Origin: Chiloscyllium plagiosum | Lineage: Eukaryota | NCBI RefSeq assembly: GCF_004010195.1 | Contig: NC_057713.1 | Location: forward strand, 84,602,350 to 84,666,349 | DNA length: 64,000 bases | Reading direction: 5' to 3' | Shown: positions 27,452 to 40,935 of the stretch, piece after piece | Position numbering within the stretch: position 1 is the first letter of the stretch | Layout: each line of letters opens with the position of its first letter | Position numbers and translations under genes: made by a program | Notes under the pieces: model-generated | What the model was told of the DNA's origin: nothing | What the model saw: the letters and a program-made list of their open reading frames with translations, nothing else | Databases searched by the model: none

Positions 27452-27950
27452 NNNNNNNNNNNNNNNNNNNNNNNNNNNNNNNNNNNNNNNNNNNNNNNNN
27501 NNNNNNNNNNNNNNNNNNNNNNNNNNNNNNNNNNNNNNNNNNNNNNNNNNNNNNNNNNNNNNNNNNNNNNNNNNNNNNNNNNNNNNNNNNNNNNNNNNNN
27601 NNNNNNNNNNNNNNNNNNNNNNNNNNNNNNNNNNNNNNNNNNNNNNNNNNNNNNNNNNNNNNNNNNNNNNNNNNNNNNNNNNNNNNNNNNNNNNNNNNNN
27701 NNNNNNNNNNNNNNNNNNNNNNNNNNNNNNNNNNNNNNNNNNNNNNNNNNNNNNNNNNNNNNNNNNNNNNNNNNNNNNNNNNNNNNNNNNNNNNNNNNNN
27801 NNNNNNNNNNNNNNNNNNNNNNNNNNNNNNNNNNNNNNNNNNNNNNNNNNNNNNNNNNNNNNNNNNNNNNNNNNNNNNNNNNNNNNNNNNNNNNNNNNNN
27901 NNNNNNNNNNNNNNNNNNNNNNNNNNNNNNNNNNNNNNNNNNNNNNNNNN
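27452..27950. other. Assembly gap (about 500 N)
   Basis: Run of N. Confidence 1.
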
Positions 27951-28409
27951 NACCCCAGTCCAACACTGGCATCTCCAAATCAGAACTTTAAATGGGTTTC
28001 TAACAGTTCCGGGGATCTGAAATGTTGAAGCTCTTTCTGAATTCAGTGATTTATGTCTGTGGAATTGGAGGCACAATGCAGTCAATAGCAGAGCACTAAA
28101 TAACAGGCCACAGTTTCAGAATATCTGTGCCGATTTGACACATCAGTTCTTGGTTTACTCCAGCTAGGAATATCCCTGCAGATACTGGCATTGGAATTTG
28201 GTGCCTTGTAAATGGAGGAAGAGTTAATAGTCTTCTTCACCTGATATTATAAAGGCTCTCCAGCAAGAGACATAATAAACAGGCTTGAAGGTAGATTTTC
28301 TGTGACCTTGTTGCTGCTCTGGACTTTTGATTCAGTGGACCCCTAAAGTTGTTAACTCAACCTTCAACTTGTTTGTTAGGTTGAGATTTGAGAGATCCTG
28401 GATGAGCCA

Positions 28410-28640
28410 CATTTGTTGTTAGCTCAATTGGCTGAATAGCTGCTTTGCAGTGATGCCAACAGAATGGATTCAATTTCCACACCAACTGAGGTTACCAGAA
28501 AGATCCAGCCTTCTCAATCTCCTCCCTGAGGGGATTCTCCTGAGGCATGGTGACCTTCAGGTTAAACTCAGCACCAGTTATTTCTGTAATGAAAGACAGC
28601 AGCCCTATGGTCCACTGGGACAATGCCAACTTTATCCTTA
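28410..28640 (+). mobile_element. tRNA-headed SINE (second family)
   Basis: Similar to 8880-9110: ttagctcaattggctg ... cctgaggcatggtgaccttcaggttaaac. Confidence 0.7.
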
Positions 28641-30056
28641 CCACCAGACAACTGGCAATGGAAATCTATGAATTAATGAGAACTTCCACTTCTATTATAT
28701 TAAAGGCACTATATAAGTTTGGGTTGTTTATGTAGATGCAATAAACATGCAATTTTAGAAAACTTTCTACAAATATCACTAAGGAGATCACTAGAGAAGA
28801 TTGAAAGGTACACAGTTAGGGTGAGAATCATAATGATTCTGTTACACTGTCTCAATATCCATCTTATAGTTCTAAATGCTGCACACATTATTCTAAGTGA
28901 GGTCTCATTAAGGTTTTTATAGAGTCATTATTTCCTTGTGACTTTAATATGCTACATCTCTCACTATTAAATTAAGACTTCTGTTTGCCATTTTTAACAA
29001 CATTATCCAAGAGGAAGCTTGAAGGGATATTGAAATGGTGAAAAAATGTAATTAAAATTATTTTTGGATTTGTGGAGTATCATCTTCTATTGACTAGATG
29101 GGCCAAGTGGACCGATATTGTTTAATATCTGTTAAGACAATTAAAATCTGCCATAAATGTCATTTTAATTTGAAGAAAGTGAGAGGAAGTTACTTTACAT
29201 TGGTCTAATCTTTTGCATAACTAGAGGTGAATTGGGACAATGCTAATCTATAACTATCTTACAAAATTCTCAACATATTTTTAATCTGTTACAAGATGCA
29301 AGACTAATTCCATTGAAGACAGTCAGCTACTTTGAGAGTTAAACATGTTATATAATGTTTCATAGTTATAGTCATTGAATATGCAGAATAAAACATGTAT
29401 AACTTAACCCTAAGTTGTTTACAGCAGGTGTTTTTAGAATTTAGATGTAAAACAGTACAAATTTCATACATATACATGAAGGATTTAAACCCTGCTGGAA
29501 ATGTCTCTTCTTTACTAACTCATTTCAAATTTGCTTCCTATAAAATTCCTATCTCTGCATCCTTATAACTTAATCATCTCCTAATTCAATTACTTGTAAC
29601 AGAATAGATTTTCAAGATCGTGATGCAGTGGAACTATATATTAATAAATAATAAATATGCTATATCTGAATAATGATATTTTTATGAGGTGGGTAAATGT
29701 GAACGATGATTGCCTGAAATATTTTGTTTATGCAAGAGATTGAAAATGTAAATACTTCAGGCTATATTACGCTATTACACTTATTTGTCTGCTACAGTTT
29801 CTGAAAGTGTCATGGCTTTTGTTTTGGGAATGTTAAATAAATGAAGTCATGGTAAAGATAGTTGAATGCCTTGATGTATCCCTGGTTTATACGAAACCAA
29901 CAGATTCTAGAACAGCATGTGGCAAGAAAAGAAGGCTTTCAAAACGCTGTCAATGAAACGTTATTTGTTATCTTTTAATCAATAATTAACTGATGCCATG
30001 ATATGTATTCTGTGTGATTCCGAATAAATGAAATAAATAAATTATGTTGCTTCCAG

Positions 30057-30148
30057 CTGGCCAAGAATGTAGGAAATATCAGTTTCAATGAAATTCTAGA
30101 AGCCAATCTACCACAACCATCACCAAAGCCAATTCCACATAGTGACAT
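30057..30148 (+). CDS. ASAP1: ASAP1 exon (ArfGAP): LAKNVGNISFNEILEANLPQPSPKPIPHSD(M)
   Basis: ttccag acceptor, gtaagt donor; 92 nt, phase 0 to 2. Confidence 0.95.
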
Positions 30149-30639
30149 GTAAGTAAAATTGAAAGAAGTGATTTAGGAATAATAGAGAAAGTGAACCGAA
30201 ACACAGATTTATTCATTGTTTATGTTAAGTTTGTTTTTTTTCTTCAACTGCTTTCCATGTCCCAGAATTAGTTTTAGTTCAATTGCCATCAAATCAAAAT
30301 GATTTCCGTAGTATTTGATATCATTAACAAATACTATTGTCTGAGTAAGTGGAGAAGGAAGAGCAACTTCTCCTCTAAGTACCAGTTGAAATAAGATACC
30401 TTACCGTAGTCAGCAAGAGCAACAGCAGAGCAAAGTCAAATCAGACCATACCCAGCTGCTTGGCTGAGTATGAAAAGAAATCCAAAATTGATATCGCAGG
30501 AAAGTTGTGAATTGACTAATTGTTAAGAAGCTGCTTTGGTCTTTAAATTAAGTAATATTTCAAATACAAGGAGTAAGGTAAGGTCCCTCGCACATATTTA
30601 CTATTGTTTGACCTCTTCATTGCTCAGACCATTAGGTTT

Positions 30640-31360
30640 AGGAGTTGGAACGTCATGTTGCGGTTGTACAGGAGATTGGTGAGGCCTTTTGGAGTATTTT
30701 GTATAGTTCTGGTTGCCCTACAATAGGAAGAGTATTGTTAAATTGAAGAGAATGCAGAAAAGATTTATAAAGATGGGTAGGTTATCATCTTCCAAAATTC
30801 TGTAGAGTGTGGAACAGTCTCGGTAAGTGGGAAGATGGCAAATGTATATGCCACTATTTTAAAAAAGGAGAGAAAGAGAAAGCAGGAAACTGCAGACCAG
30901 TTAGCCCAACATAAGTCATTAGAAAATGCTGGTGTCTGTTATAAAGGGGACTTAGAAAATATCAGTGAGATTATAAAAGGTCAAACTTGAATTGTGAAAG
31001 GGAAACCTTTGACAAACTGACTAGAGTTTATTGAGAAAGTAACTAATAGAGTAGAAACTGGAGAACCAGTGGATGTGTGTATTTAGACTTTCAGAACATT
31101 TCTGATAAATTCCCACATAAGCTAACATGGAAAACTAAATTACAGGAATAGGGTGTTAAAATACAAGCATGGATTGAGAATTGGTTAGAAGACAAGAAAC
31201 AGAAATTGGAGTAAATAGGTCTTTTTCAGAATGGAAGGTGATGACCACTGGGGTACAGAAAGAATCACTCCTTGTGTCCCAGCTATTCACAGTATATATC
31301 AGAAATTTGGATGAGGGAATCAAATGTAATATTTCCAAGCTTGCTGACAAAATAAAATTA
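30640..31360 (+). mobile_element. CR1 LINE RT fragments
   Basis: NRSFSEWKVMTTGVQ..NLDEGIKCNISKLAD. Confidence 0.8.
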
Positions 31361-31364
31361 GAAG

Positions 31365-31455
31365 GAGAGAAATTGCAGAATTCAGCAGATCTGATAACAT
31401 CTGTAGAGAGAAAGCAGAGTTAATGTTTCGAGTCTAGTGACCCTTCCTCAGCACT
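31365..31455 (-). mobile_element. Older hammerhead-bearing PLE-derived short element
   Basis: Minus strand CUGAGGA-A-GGGUC-ACUA-GACUC-GAAAC-AUU-aacucug. Confidence 0.6.
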
Positions 31456-33067
31456 GGACTTTGCTGCCTCCTGACCAAATCTAGAGTGCTGGTAAAATCC
31501 TTCAGAAAGGATTATTCAAAGACTGTGGACATATCCACTCAGCTTGTGGAATCCAGTGTCCACTTGTCTCTCTTCGCTTTCAAACATATGTTATTTTGAT
31601 CATAGTTATGTGCATTTTCTTCCTTGTCACTAGTTTTACTTATAAAGCAGTTCTAGTAGTTTCTCTATAGCAACTTAAAAATCAAATATTGGACTCCCAA
31701 CTTAGTACTGGGAAACTGGCTTTCATAAAACTATTCTTAAGTGTGTAGGAAATACTTCCCACCTCTACTACAACATGCCATCCATCAATTCTTGGCCAAG
31801 AGAAGAAACAAACAAAGCAGAAGATGAGCAAGAATAAGAGAAGCAAAATGTAGGAAAAAAATTTAAAATTCTCAGAAATTATATTCACTATGATATACAT
31901 CAGTAGAACTACACAAAATGAGTATGAAAAGATGTGTTTTAACCCCATTTGCTTCCTTGCTTTAGGTACCTCCTCTTCCTGAGTATTCTCTTCTCCTCTC
32001 ATGATCCTGATTAAACATCCTTTGCCTAGCTTTGGGCGTTGCATTTGAAGAGTTAAACTTACTTTTAGCAGTGCACTTTATAGAAGCAGCTTTATGGTTA
32101 ATTGACTTGCATTGTACCCAGCATAAAAATTGGTGGTCTTATTAGATACTACTATGCCACCTCTGCTACCTGGATTTCAATCTAAGCCTAAGTGATGAAA
32201 GAATGGTCCCGTCTGCCTGCTCTAAGGGGTAAGAAGAGATCTAAAAATCTCACATCTGGCATATCCTATTAGTCACAATTTTGTCATATCTGAATGTCAG
32301 GTATACTGATGCTTCAAGTTTAGTTTAAAATGAGAACGTGCTTATCTTTGCAAGCTTTGCAATGTTGAGTTGCACTTAAAAGAATTTAAGGTTTAACAAA
32401 GTTTAAGCAGTTATATTGAATGAAAGACATTGACAAAAGCTCCTTGAAATTTGCCAGCATTGACATTCTTTTGGATGGGAAGAAAGAAAACTTTACAACT
32501 GGCATTAAGTTTAATATTTTATTGGTCACAGTAAATTAAGCTTTCCTCTGTTATACTTCTGAGGCAGGAGTTTTGTTTTTAAATTGGCTAACTGTTTTAA
32601 TGAAGTAGCAAAACAAAAGAATGTCATGGGAATACCATCAATGTTGAAATGTGTTTTTTCTTTAATGCCAACATTCTCCATCAAAGCAATTGAAAACAGA
32701 AAAAGAGCACAAAATGTTCACGCAGTAGCATCCTAGCTCATTGACTTGACTATGAATTTTCAAAAATCTCATTTGTTTTACTAACTTGCAATCGAGTAAG
32801 ACCTTTACTTTAATTCACATTAGTTAATACAAATTGTTGCAACATTGTAAAATATTTACTATATTTAGTAGAAGTTTATAAAAAGTGCCATATAATTAAA
32901 AAGGTTAATAGACTAATTATAAGCATGAGTATATTCAGGTAACACCACCAAATATATAAATTATATATTATATATATAATTAGATGTTCTACTTCTCCTT
33001 TGCATCTTTATTTGCCAGATAACTACGATATGTTTTGCAACAGCATAGTTTGTTGTCTTTTTAACAG

Positions 33068-33254
33068 GACTGCACGTAAAGAATACATACATGCAAAATA
33101 TGTAGATCATAAATTTGCCAAAAGGTTGTGCACCTCTTCCTTAGCTAAAATGAATCAGTTATTGGATTCTGTGAAGTCCAGGGATTTACTTGCACTAATT
33201 CAAGTCTATGCAGAGGGAGTTGAACTAATGGAGTCACTATCAGATCTTGGACAG
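33068..33254 (+). CDS. ASAP1: ASAP1 exon (end of ArfGAP): TARKEYIHAKYVDHKFAKRLC...SRDLLALIQVYAEGVELMESLSDLGQ
   Basis: aacag acceptor, gtgaga donor; 187 nt; visible within ORF 33000..33317. Confidence 0.96.
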
Positions 33255-33819
33255 GTGAGAACTAATAACTATTTTAACTGCCTAAGATTATACTTTACAG
33301 TTCTGTATATGAAGTGAAAATATGACATACAAATGATATGATTTTGATGAATAAACTTAACATTTTTAAAGTTTGACTTTTCACCTGGATTGTCATTTCA
33401 ATCTAAAATCTATCATTACCCCAGAGTGCTTTGTTTGCGAAGGTAAAAGCAAATGGAATATCCCAGTAAGCAAATATGTAGGAAATTGCAAGTCCAGGAA
33501 AACTCCGCAGGCCATATGGCTGGTCGTAAAACGAATATGGTTTACAATTGCACATATACAAATAACGATAGATGAGAAACATGACTTAAATCTTTGGCAT
33601 AGAGATGCAGCGGGAGCAAATAACTGTTAATGGTTCTCAAACCAGACCATGTCAAAGGCTGCATACAGGTCATGAAGGATGACAAGAGAAGTTTATCTTT
33701 GTGACATAATATGTTATTTTTGACTTGGATTATAATTATTTTGTTCAAAGTTTGTGAGAAGATTTGTAGCTCGGGTGCTCGTTGCTGTGATTCTGTTCGC
33801 CGAGCTGGAAGTTTTTGTT

Positions 33820-33859
33820 GCAAACGTTTCGTCCCCTGTCTAGGTGACATCCTCAGTGC
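33820..33859 (-). ncRNA. Minimal type-I hammerhead ribozyme motif (GUU site)
   Basis: gca-CUGAGGA-UGUCACCUAGACAGGGGAC-GAAAC-GUU-ugc on the minus strand. Confidence 0.7.
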
Positions 33860-34298
33860 TTGGGAGCCTCCTGTGAAGCGCTTCTGTGGTGTTTCCTCCG
33901 GCATTTATAGTGGCCTGTCCCTGCCGCTTCCGGTTGTCAGTTTCAGCTGTCCGCTGTAGTGGCCGGTATATTGGGTCCAGGTCGATGTGTTTGTTGATGG
34001 AGTTTGTGGATGAGTGCCATGCTTCTAGGAATTCCCTGGCTGTGGTAATGGTAGTGTTGTCACTACTATAATGGTAGTGTCAACACTACCATTATAGGGC
34101 AAGCCAAACAAAGAACAGCCAGGGAATTCCTAGAAGCATGGCACTCATCCACAAACTCCATCAACAAACACATCGACCTGGACCCAATATACCGGCCACT
34201 ACAGCGGACAGCTGAAACTGACAACTGGAAGCGGCAGGGACAGGCCACTATAAATGCCGGAGGAAACACCACAGAAGTGCTTCACAGGAGGCTCCCAA

Positions 34299-34338
34299 GC
34301 ACTGAGGATGTCACCTAGACAGGGGACGAAACGTTTGC
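34299..34338 (+). ncRNA. Minimal type-I hammerhead ribozyme motif (GUU site)
   Basis: gca-CTGAGGA-TGTCACCTAGACAGGGGAC-GAAAC-GTT-tgc. Confidence 0.7.
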
Positions 34339-36474
34339 AACAAAAACTTCCAGCTCAGCGAACAGAACCACAGCATAGTTATTTTGGTATTGTGGCATGG
34401 GAGGAAACCTGATCGGAGAGATTCAAACATGGAGTTCTATGAAAGGTGTGAAAGCATTTGAGACGCAAGAGAAAAGGGGTGTTGGAAATGGAATGGCTGT
34501 TTGCAAGGATGGAGGTTTCATGGATTTTTCTATTGAGGAATATGGTAATAACAGATGTCAGGGAAAGAGGGACAACAGCTGAAGAGAGAGAACTATTTAC
34601 AATATCAGTTTGGGGAAGTTGGGTGACCAACAGTTTAGTGTAATAGGATTGAGGAAGTGTGATGTGGGTCTAATGGTCAAGTTAAGCAGAGGCATTGAGA
34701 GGGAAAAGGAGAAATACAAGTTCTGAAATAAGACATATAGAATTAGGTTGGCTTTGTAGCGGAGGGGAATGTTAGTGTGTTAACTGTGTGTAATCGCTTT
34801 CTCTCACTAACTGTGTGCCCTGAGTGGCAAAGATGGCAAGAAGAAACTGCCAAGAATGGCAGAACATTTTATTTTAAAAAATGTCCACGTTGCTAAGGTG
34901 AGGCTCATCACCTTTATGGTCCTTTTGTTGATCTTGACTGAGAGACATATCTTGGCCATTAAGTCATGTCATTACTAGTTTACTGACCCAATTATGACTG
35001 ACAAAAATGCTCCAGCAAGCTATGACACAATGTGCCTCAGGGCAAACTCGCTCCATTTAACACAGTTACATTGATCCACACCACTAATATAAAATTAATA
35101 GAGCTAAACTCTGGGGCAAATGAAAAGTGATTTTTTTTCTTTGAAACAGCTAATCAGGTACTGGTCATAACAAAGGACACCTGCAAAATGGATAAATGAT
35201 ACCAGTCCCATAGGTGTCCATGATATGGTTTTCACTGTATCCATATGAATATTTATTATTTTTAGCCATTGTTACTACAGATGCTTAATGATGTTTCACA
35301 GAATAAGTTCCATGAATCCGAAATGTTTTCAGCACAGAGGAGGCCGTTATTCCTATTGTGTCTGTGCTGGCCTATGAAGGACAGGCACAATTATATAATC
35401 ATGCTGGGAGGCTGACAGGCATACTATACTTGGGTATATTTCTCTAATAAAGTGGGAGAAAGTTTACCTAGTGCTACTCCCTTTTCCCCAGAATTCTGTA
35501 AATTTTCAATTTTAAGTAATTTCTCCCTTTCGAAAGCCTCAATTGACCCCACTTCCATGACACACACAGTGTGAAAGCCTCTCAATGACTTGGCCTCCCT
35601 AGACTTCTGCAGCAATGAGTTCCACAGATTCACCTCCCTCTTGCTGACATCTTATTCTTTAATTGTCATACCACAGATAAATTTCACATTGTCAGAACGA
35701 CATAATAATACTTTTGAAGCAGCATGATCAAATTTACCCATCTCATTGACTTCTAAATCTAAGTTAGCCTTGTTATAAACTTTACTGGTTGAGGCCTCTT
35801 TATTGAAAAGTTCGGAGTTGTTGATCATTTTTCCAGCTATTTCAGTTTGCCTGTCTGGAGACTTGACAAGTACATTTTTATCCCTGCAAGTCCCAGACTA
35901 ATGTAACTTAAGCATATGTTGTGGTTAAATTGCAGCAAGTATTGCTACCATTTTTGAGAGTTTCAGGAAGTAAGTGAAGTACTTGTTGTTCAGGAACTAA
36001 TAAAATAGAAAATTGCCTCTCCACTCCTCTTCCCTACCATAATTATGTTTCACTTGTTCACTGCTTGCTTTGCCCTTCTTTGGAGCATTACAACTCTTTT
36101 TGGCTTTCTCCTGGTCCGTTATATCCTGATCCTTTATGAACTGAATCTTAAGTCCACGTATTATTTCTTGTTTTCTGGGTCCTCTATAATTTCCAAAGTT
36201 TCCAGACATAATCCTTGTAGGTACCTCTGATCTGGTAACGTCTCGGTTATTCAGTCTAGCTTTTGAAATAGGTTGATATTAAAAACGTAGGTGAAATACC
36301 CCAGAAATATAGGTAAAAATGCAGTTTTGCTTTCTCAGTCATTGTCAAGCAGTGTCACCATACTAACATGTTTTATATATATTGGTAGTATCAGAAGTCA
36401 TAATTTTTGGTGATGTGATAAATTGTCATAATTTTTGTACGTGCAGTTAATTCGGTTGTTTATTTAACAAACAG

Positions 36475-36560
36475 GAGCCAGGGGAAACAGTCCTTCACCT
36501 AGCTGTTCGAACTGCTGACCGAACCTCTCTCCACCTGGTTGACTTTCTTGTACAGAATAG
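36475..36560 (+). CDS. ASAP1: ASAP1 exon (ankyrin): EPGETVLHLAVRTADRTSLHLVDFLVQN(S)
   Basis: acag acceptor, gtaagc donor; 86 nt; ankyrin GETxLH motif. Confidence 0.95.
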
Positions 36561-37239
36561 GTAAGCAATCACTCAATGGCAAATGCAAGTGTTTACTATT
36601 AATATCCAATATCTTCTTTTAACTCATCTTGATCATAATAGTTTTATTTGCAAGCTTTGGCAGTGCATATAGTATACCAACTTTGTGATTTTTATTTATA
36701 TTTGTTCATGGGATGTGGGCAGCTTGGCCCATGCCTATTACCTTTGAGAAGAGAGTGGTGAGCTGCCTTCTTGAATTGCTGTAGTCCTTGTGATATCTGT
36801 ATAGCCAGAATGCTATTAGGCAAGGAGTTCTAGAATTTTGACCCAGAAGTGAAATATTGTGCGAACTCATGGTGGTGTGTCGCTTAGAGGGGAAGTTACA
36901 GTTGGTGGTTTTTAGAAGAGTTAGGATAAATCAGTTAGGAGCTGCAGAGTGATTATTTGGAAGTCTGGCCAGTCAACAGTCAGGGATGTCGTTTGAAATT
37001 GGTCAAGAGAGTGAGCCAGGGTCAGTCCTGGAGGTTAACTTAATGACAGTCAACAGGGTTGATCACACAGTCCTCAACCCACAAATGTATTAAGGCTGTT
37101 ACCGATGCAATTTATGCCCGGTTACAGCACTTCATCTCGTCTTCCCATTACAGAGTTAGAGTTAATGCTGCTGCTGGGCAGTATGTTTTAGCAACATAGC
37201 TGGCTTCTCCCAGCTGCAGGATGTCATGGCAAAGTTTGG

Positions 37240-38345
37240 CTGAGTGAGTGACGGTAACGAGGAAGTTGTTAAGTTACAGGACGATATCAGCAGATTGACC
37301 AATGGGCAGGTCAGTGGCAGATGGAATTAACGCTGATCATTGCGAGGTGATGCTCTTTGGATCTTGGGGTGCTTGTCCACAGATTGCAGAAGGTGGCAGG
37401 GCAGGTTAATTGGGTAGTTAAGTAAAGGCATTGTATTTATCAGTTGTGCCATATATTACAAGAGCAGAGAGGTCATTTTGGAGCTGTATAGAACTTTGAT
37501 TAAGCCACAGCGGAATAATATATGCAGTACTGCTCAGGAAGAATGCAGTTATACTGGAGGAGTGCAAAGAAGATTCACCATGATGTTGCCTGGAATGAAG
37601 CATTTCAGCTATGAAGAGAGGCTCGATAAGCTCAGGTTGTTTTCTTTGGAGTAGAGAAAGTTGAGGGAGAATCTAATAGACGTGTATAAAATTCTGAGCA
37701 TCACTGATAGGATAAATAGAAAGCAGCCGTTCCCCTTAGTTGGTGGGAGAATAATGAAGGGGAAGAATGTGAAATTGAAAAGGAGGAGGTTTAGAGGAGA
37801 CTTGAGGAAAGACGTTTTCAGAGGATGGTGGGGATGTGGGAGGGTATTTGAGTAACTTGAGTCACAACATTCAAGGCTATGGCCTACTGTGGGAAAATGG
37901 GACCAGTGTAGGTATTAGTATAGTATGGAGAGGCTGAACAGGCTAGGGCTGTTTTCCCTGGAGCGTCGGAGGCTAAGGGATGACCTTACAGAGGTTTACC
38001 AAATTATGAGGGGCATGGATAGGTTAAATAGACAAAGTCTTTTCCCTGGGGTCGGGGAGTCCAGAACTAGAGGGCATAGGTTTAGGGTGAGAGGGGAAAG
38101 ATATAAAAGAGACCTACAGGACAACTTTTTCACACTGAAGGCGGTACGTGTATAGAATGAGCTGCCAGAGGAAGTGGTGGAGGCTGGTACAATTGCAGCA
38201 ATTAAAAGGCATTTGGATGGGTATATGAAAAGGCCGAGTTTGGAGGGATATGGGCCGGGTGCTGGCAGGTGGGACTAGATTGGGTTGGGATGTCTGGTCA
38301 GCATGGACCGAAGGGTCTGTTTCCATGCTGTATATCTCTGACTCT
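37240..38345 (+). mobile_element. Two adjacent CR1/HER1 3' fragments (old 37240-37920; young 37924-38345)
   Basis: ERLNRLGLFSLERRRLRDDL..GESRTRGHRF; tail ccgaagggtctgtttccatgctgta shared with the HE1 SINE. Confidence 0.88.
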
Positions 38346-40413
38346 TTGTATGAATTTATGAAATGGTATGTTTGTCACATTGGGAGCACCATATCGTAAT
38401 ATGGCTGACTTCATGAACAGAAATGCATTCATTCCATCAAGATACAAGTCATCTGTGATTATTAATGCCACAACTTAGAAGTCTACACCTCTTTTAAAAT
38501 TTATTTGAGGGACACTTGTGTTGCTGGCTGGGTTAGCATTTATTGCTGTCCCTAGCTGCCCTTGAGAAAATGGTGGTGAGCTGCCTTATTGAATTGCTGC
38601 AGTCCATGTACTGCAGGTAGACCCACAAAGCTGTTGGCTGAGGGAATTCCAGGATTTTGACTCAATAACAGTGAAAGAAGAGCAAGATATTTACAAGCGT
38701 GGATGGTAAATGGTTTGGAGGGAGCTTGCAGCTGGTGGTATTCCCATGAACCTGCTGCCCTTGCCCTTCTAAACGGATGTAGTCGTGATTGGAAAGTGTT
38801 GTCTCAAGATTTTGGGCGAATTCTGCAGTGCATCTTGGTAGATAATACACACTCCTGTTGCTGAGCGTCAATGGTGGAGGGATTAGATGTTTGTGAATGT
38901 GGTGCTCGTCAAGGGGGCTGCATAGTGTCATGTTTCTTGGGTGTTGTTAGCTTTTCATCTATCCAAGCACGTGGGGAATATTTCACCACACTTGTGACTT
39001 GTTTTTTGTAGATGGTGGACAGGCTTAGGAAGGCAGGAGGTCACTTGCCACAATGTTTGAGCCTCTGGTCTGCTCTTAAGGCCACTGTATTTTTATGGGA
39101 AGTCCTGTTGGATTTCTGGTCAGTGGTAACCACAAAAATGTTGATAGTGGAGGATTCAATGATAGTAAGGTCATTGAATATCAAGTGTGGGTAGAATGTT
39201 TCTTATTGAAGATGATCATTACCCAGCATTTATATAGTATGAATGTTACTTGCAATTTGTCAGCTGAAGCCTGGATATTGCCCAGGTTTTGCTGCATTTT
39301 GACATGGACTGCAGCAGTATCTGAGGAATCGTGAATGGTGCTGAGCATTGTGCAATCATTGCTGAACATCCCACTTCTAATTTTATGATGGAGGGAAGGT
39401 CATTGATGAAACAGTTGAAAATGGTTGGACCTAGAACACTACCCTGAGGAACTCTGCAAGGATGTTCCTGGAGTTGAGTTGACTGACCTTCAACAACTGC
39501 AGCCATCATCCTGTGTGCCAGGTATGACTCCAACTAATGGAGAGTTTTCCCTCAAATCTCATTAGATCCAGTTTTGCTAGAGCTCCTTGTTGCTACACTC
39601 AGTCAGGAGCTGACACTCTGACCTCACCTCTGAAATTCAGCTCTCTTGAACCAAGTATGTAATGAGGTCAGGAGGTGGGAGGCCCTGGTGAAACCCAAAC
39701 TGGGCATCCTTGAGCAATTTGTTTCTGAACAGCTGCTTCTTGACAACACCATTGATGATCTCTTCCTTCATTTGACTGATGAACCAGAATAGACTACGGA
39801 ATGGTAATTGGTGATTGGATTTGTCATACTTTTTGTGTATAGGACATACCTGAGCAATTTTCTACATTCTTAGATAGATGCCATGTTGTAGCCGTAGTGG
39901 AACAGCTTGTCTAGATGAACAGCAAGTTCTGGGACACAAGTCTTCAGTCCTGTTGCTGGAATGTTGTCAGGGTTCATCGCCTTTACAGTATCCGGTGTCT
40001 CCAACCGTTTCTTGAAATCAATGTGAAGTGAATTGAATTAGCTGAAGACTGATATCCGTATACTGAGGGACTACTGGAAGAGGCCTTTGATGACTCACTC
40101 ATCACCGGTGGCTGAAGATTCTTGTGAATACTTCAGCTTTATCTTTTGCATTGATGTGTTGGGTTTTCCTATCATTGAGCATAGGTCTATTTGTGGAGCC
40201 ATCTCCTCCAGTAAGTTGTTTGATCATTCACCACCATCCACTGACTGGATATGGCACAATTGCAGAGCTTAGATCTGATCCATTGGTTATGGGCTCGCTT
40301 AGCTCTGTCTACCACTTGCTGCTTTAAACTGTTTGGAACACAAGTAGTCCTGTTTGTAGCTTTACTAGGTTAGCACATCATTTTTAGATATGTCTGATGC
40401 TGCACCTGGCATT

Positions 40414-40930
40414 AGACCATAAGATACTGGAGCAGAATTAGGCAATTTTGCCCCTTGCGTCTGTTCTGCTATTTGATCATGGCTAATATGTTCCTCAACA
40501 CCATTCTTCTTCCAATTACTTTTGATCCCCTTACATCAAGAACCTATCTGTTTTAGTCTTAAAGATACTCGGTGACTTGGCCTCTACAACCTTCTGCAGC
40601 AATGAGTTCCACAGATACACCACTCTCTGGCTGAAAAAATTCCTCTTCTTCTCAGTTCTAAAGGGTCATCCGTTCAATCTGAAGCTGTGCCCTTAGGTCC
40701 TCATCTCTCCCACTAGTGAAAACATCTTCTCCGTGTCCACACTATGCAGGCCTCTTAGTAACCTGTAAGTTTCAGTAAGATTTTCCCCTCATTCTTCTAA
40801 ACTCCCTTGAATACAGACTGTGTCCTCAACAGCTCTTCATAAGACGCACCCTTCAACCATGGGATCATTCTTGTAAACATCCTCTCGACCCCTTCCAAGG
40901 CCAGCACGTCCTTCCTTACATACAAGGCCA
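40414..40930 (-). mobile_element. CR1 LINE 3' end nested in the LINE above
   Basis: RKDVLALEGVERMFTRMIP and tatggtcta tail. Confidence 0.85.
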
Positions 40931-40935
40931 AAATA

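Larger units (their letters stand above)
33744..34375. mobile_element. Penelope 3' end inserted as an inverted pair (5' junctions facing), ~12-bp TSD with one mismatch
   Basis: Arm 33744-34043 (-) and arm ~34081-34375 (+) both match 47500-47836; ataattattttg 33732-33743 versus atagttattttg 34375-34386. Confidence 0.92.

Noticed and set aside
27278-28085. Long ORFs of 184-237 aa
   Set aside because: Artefacts of translating through the N gap.
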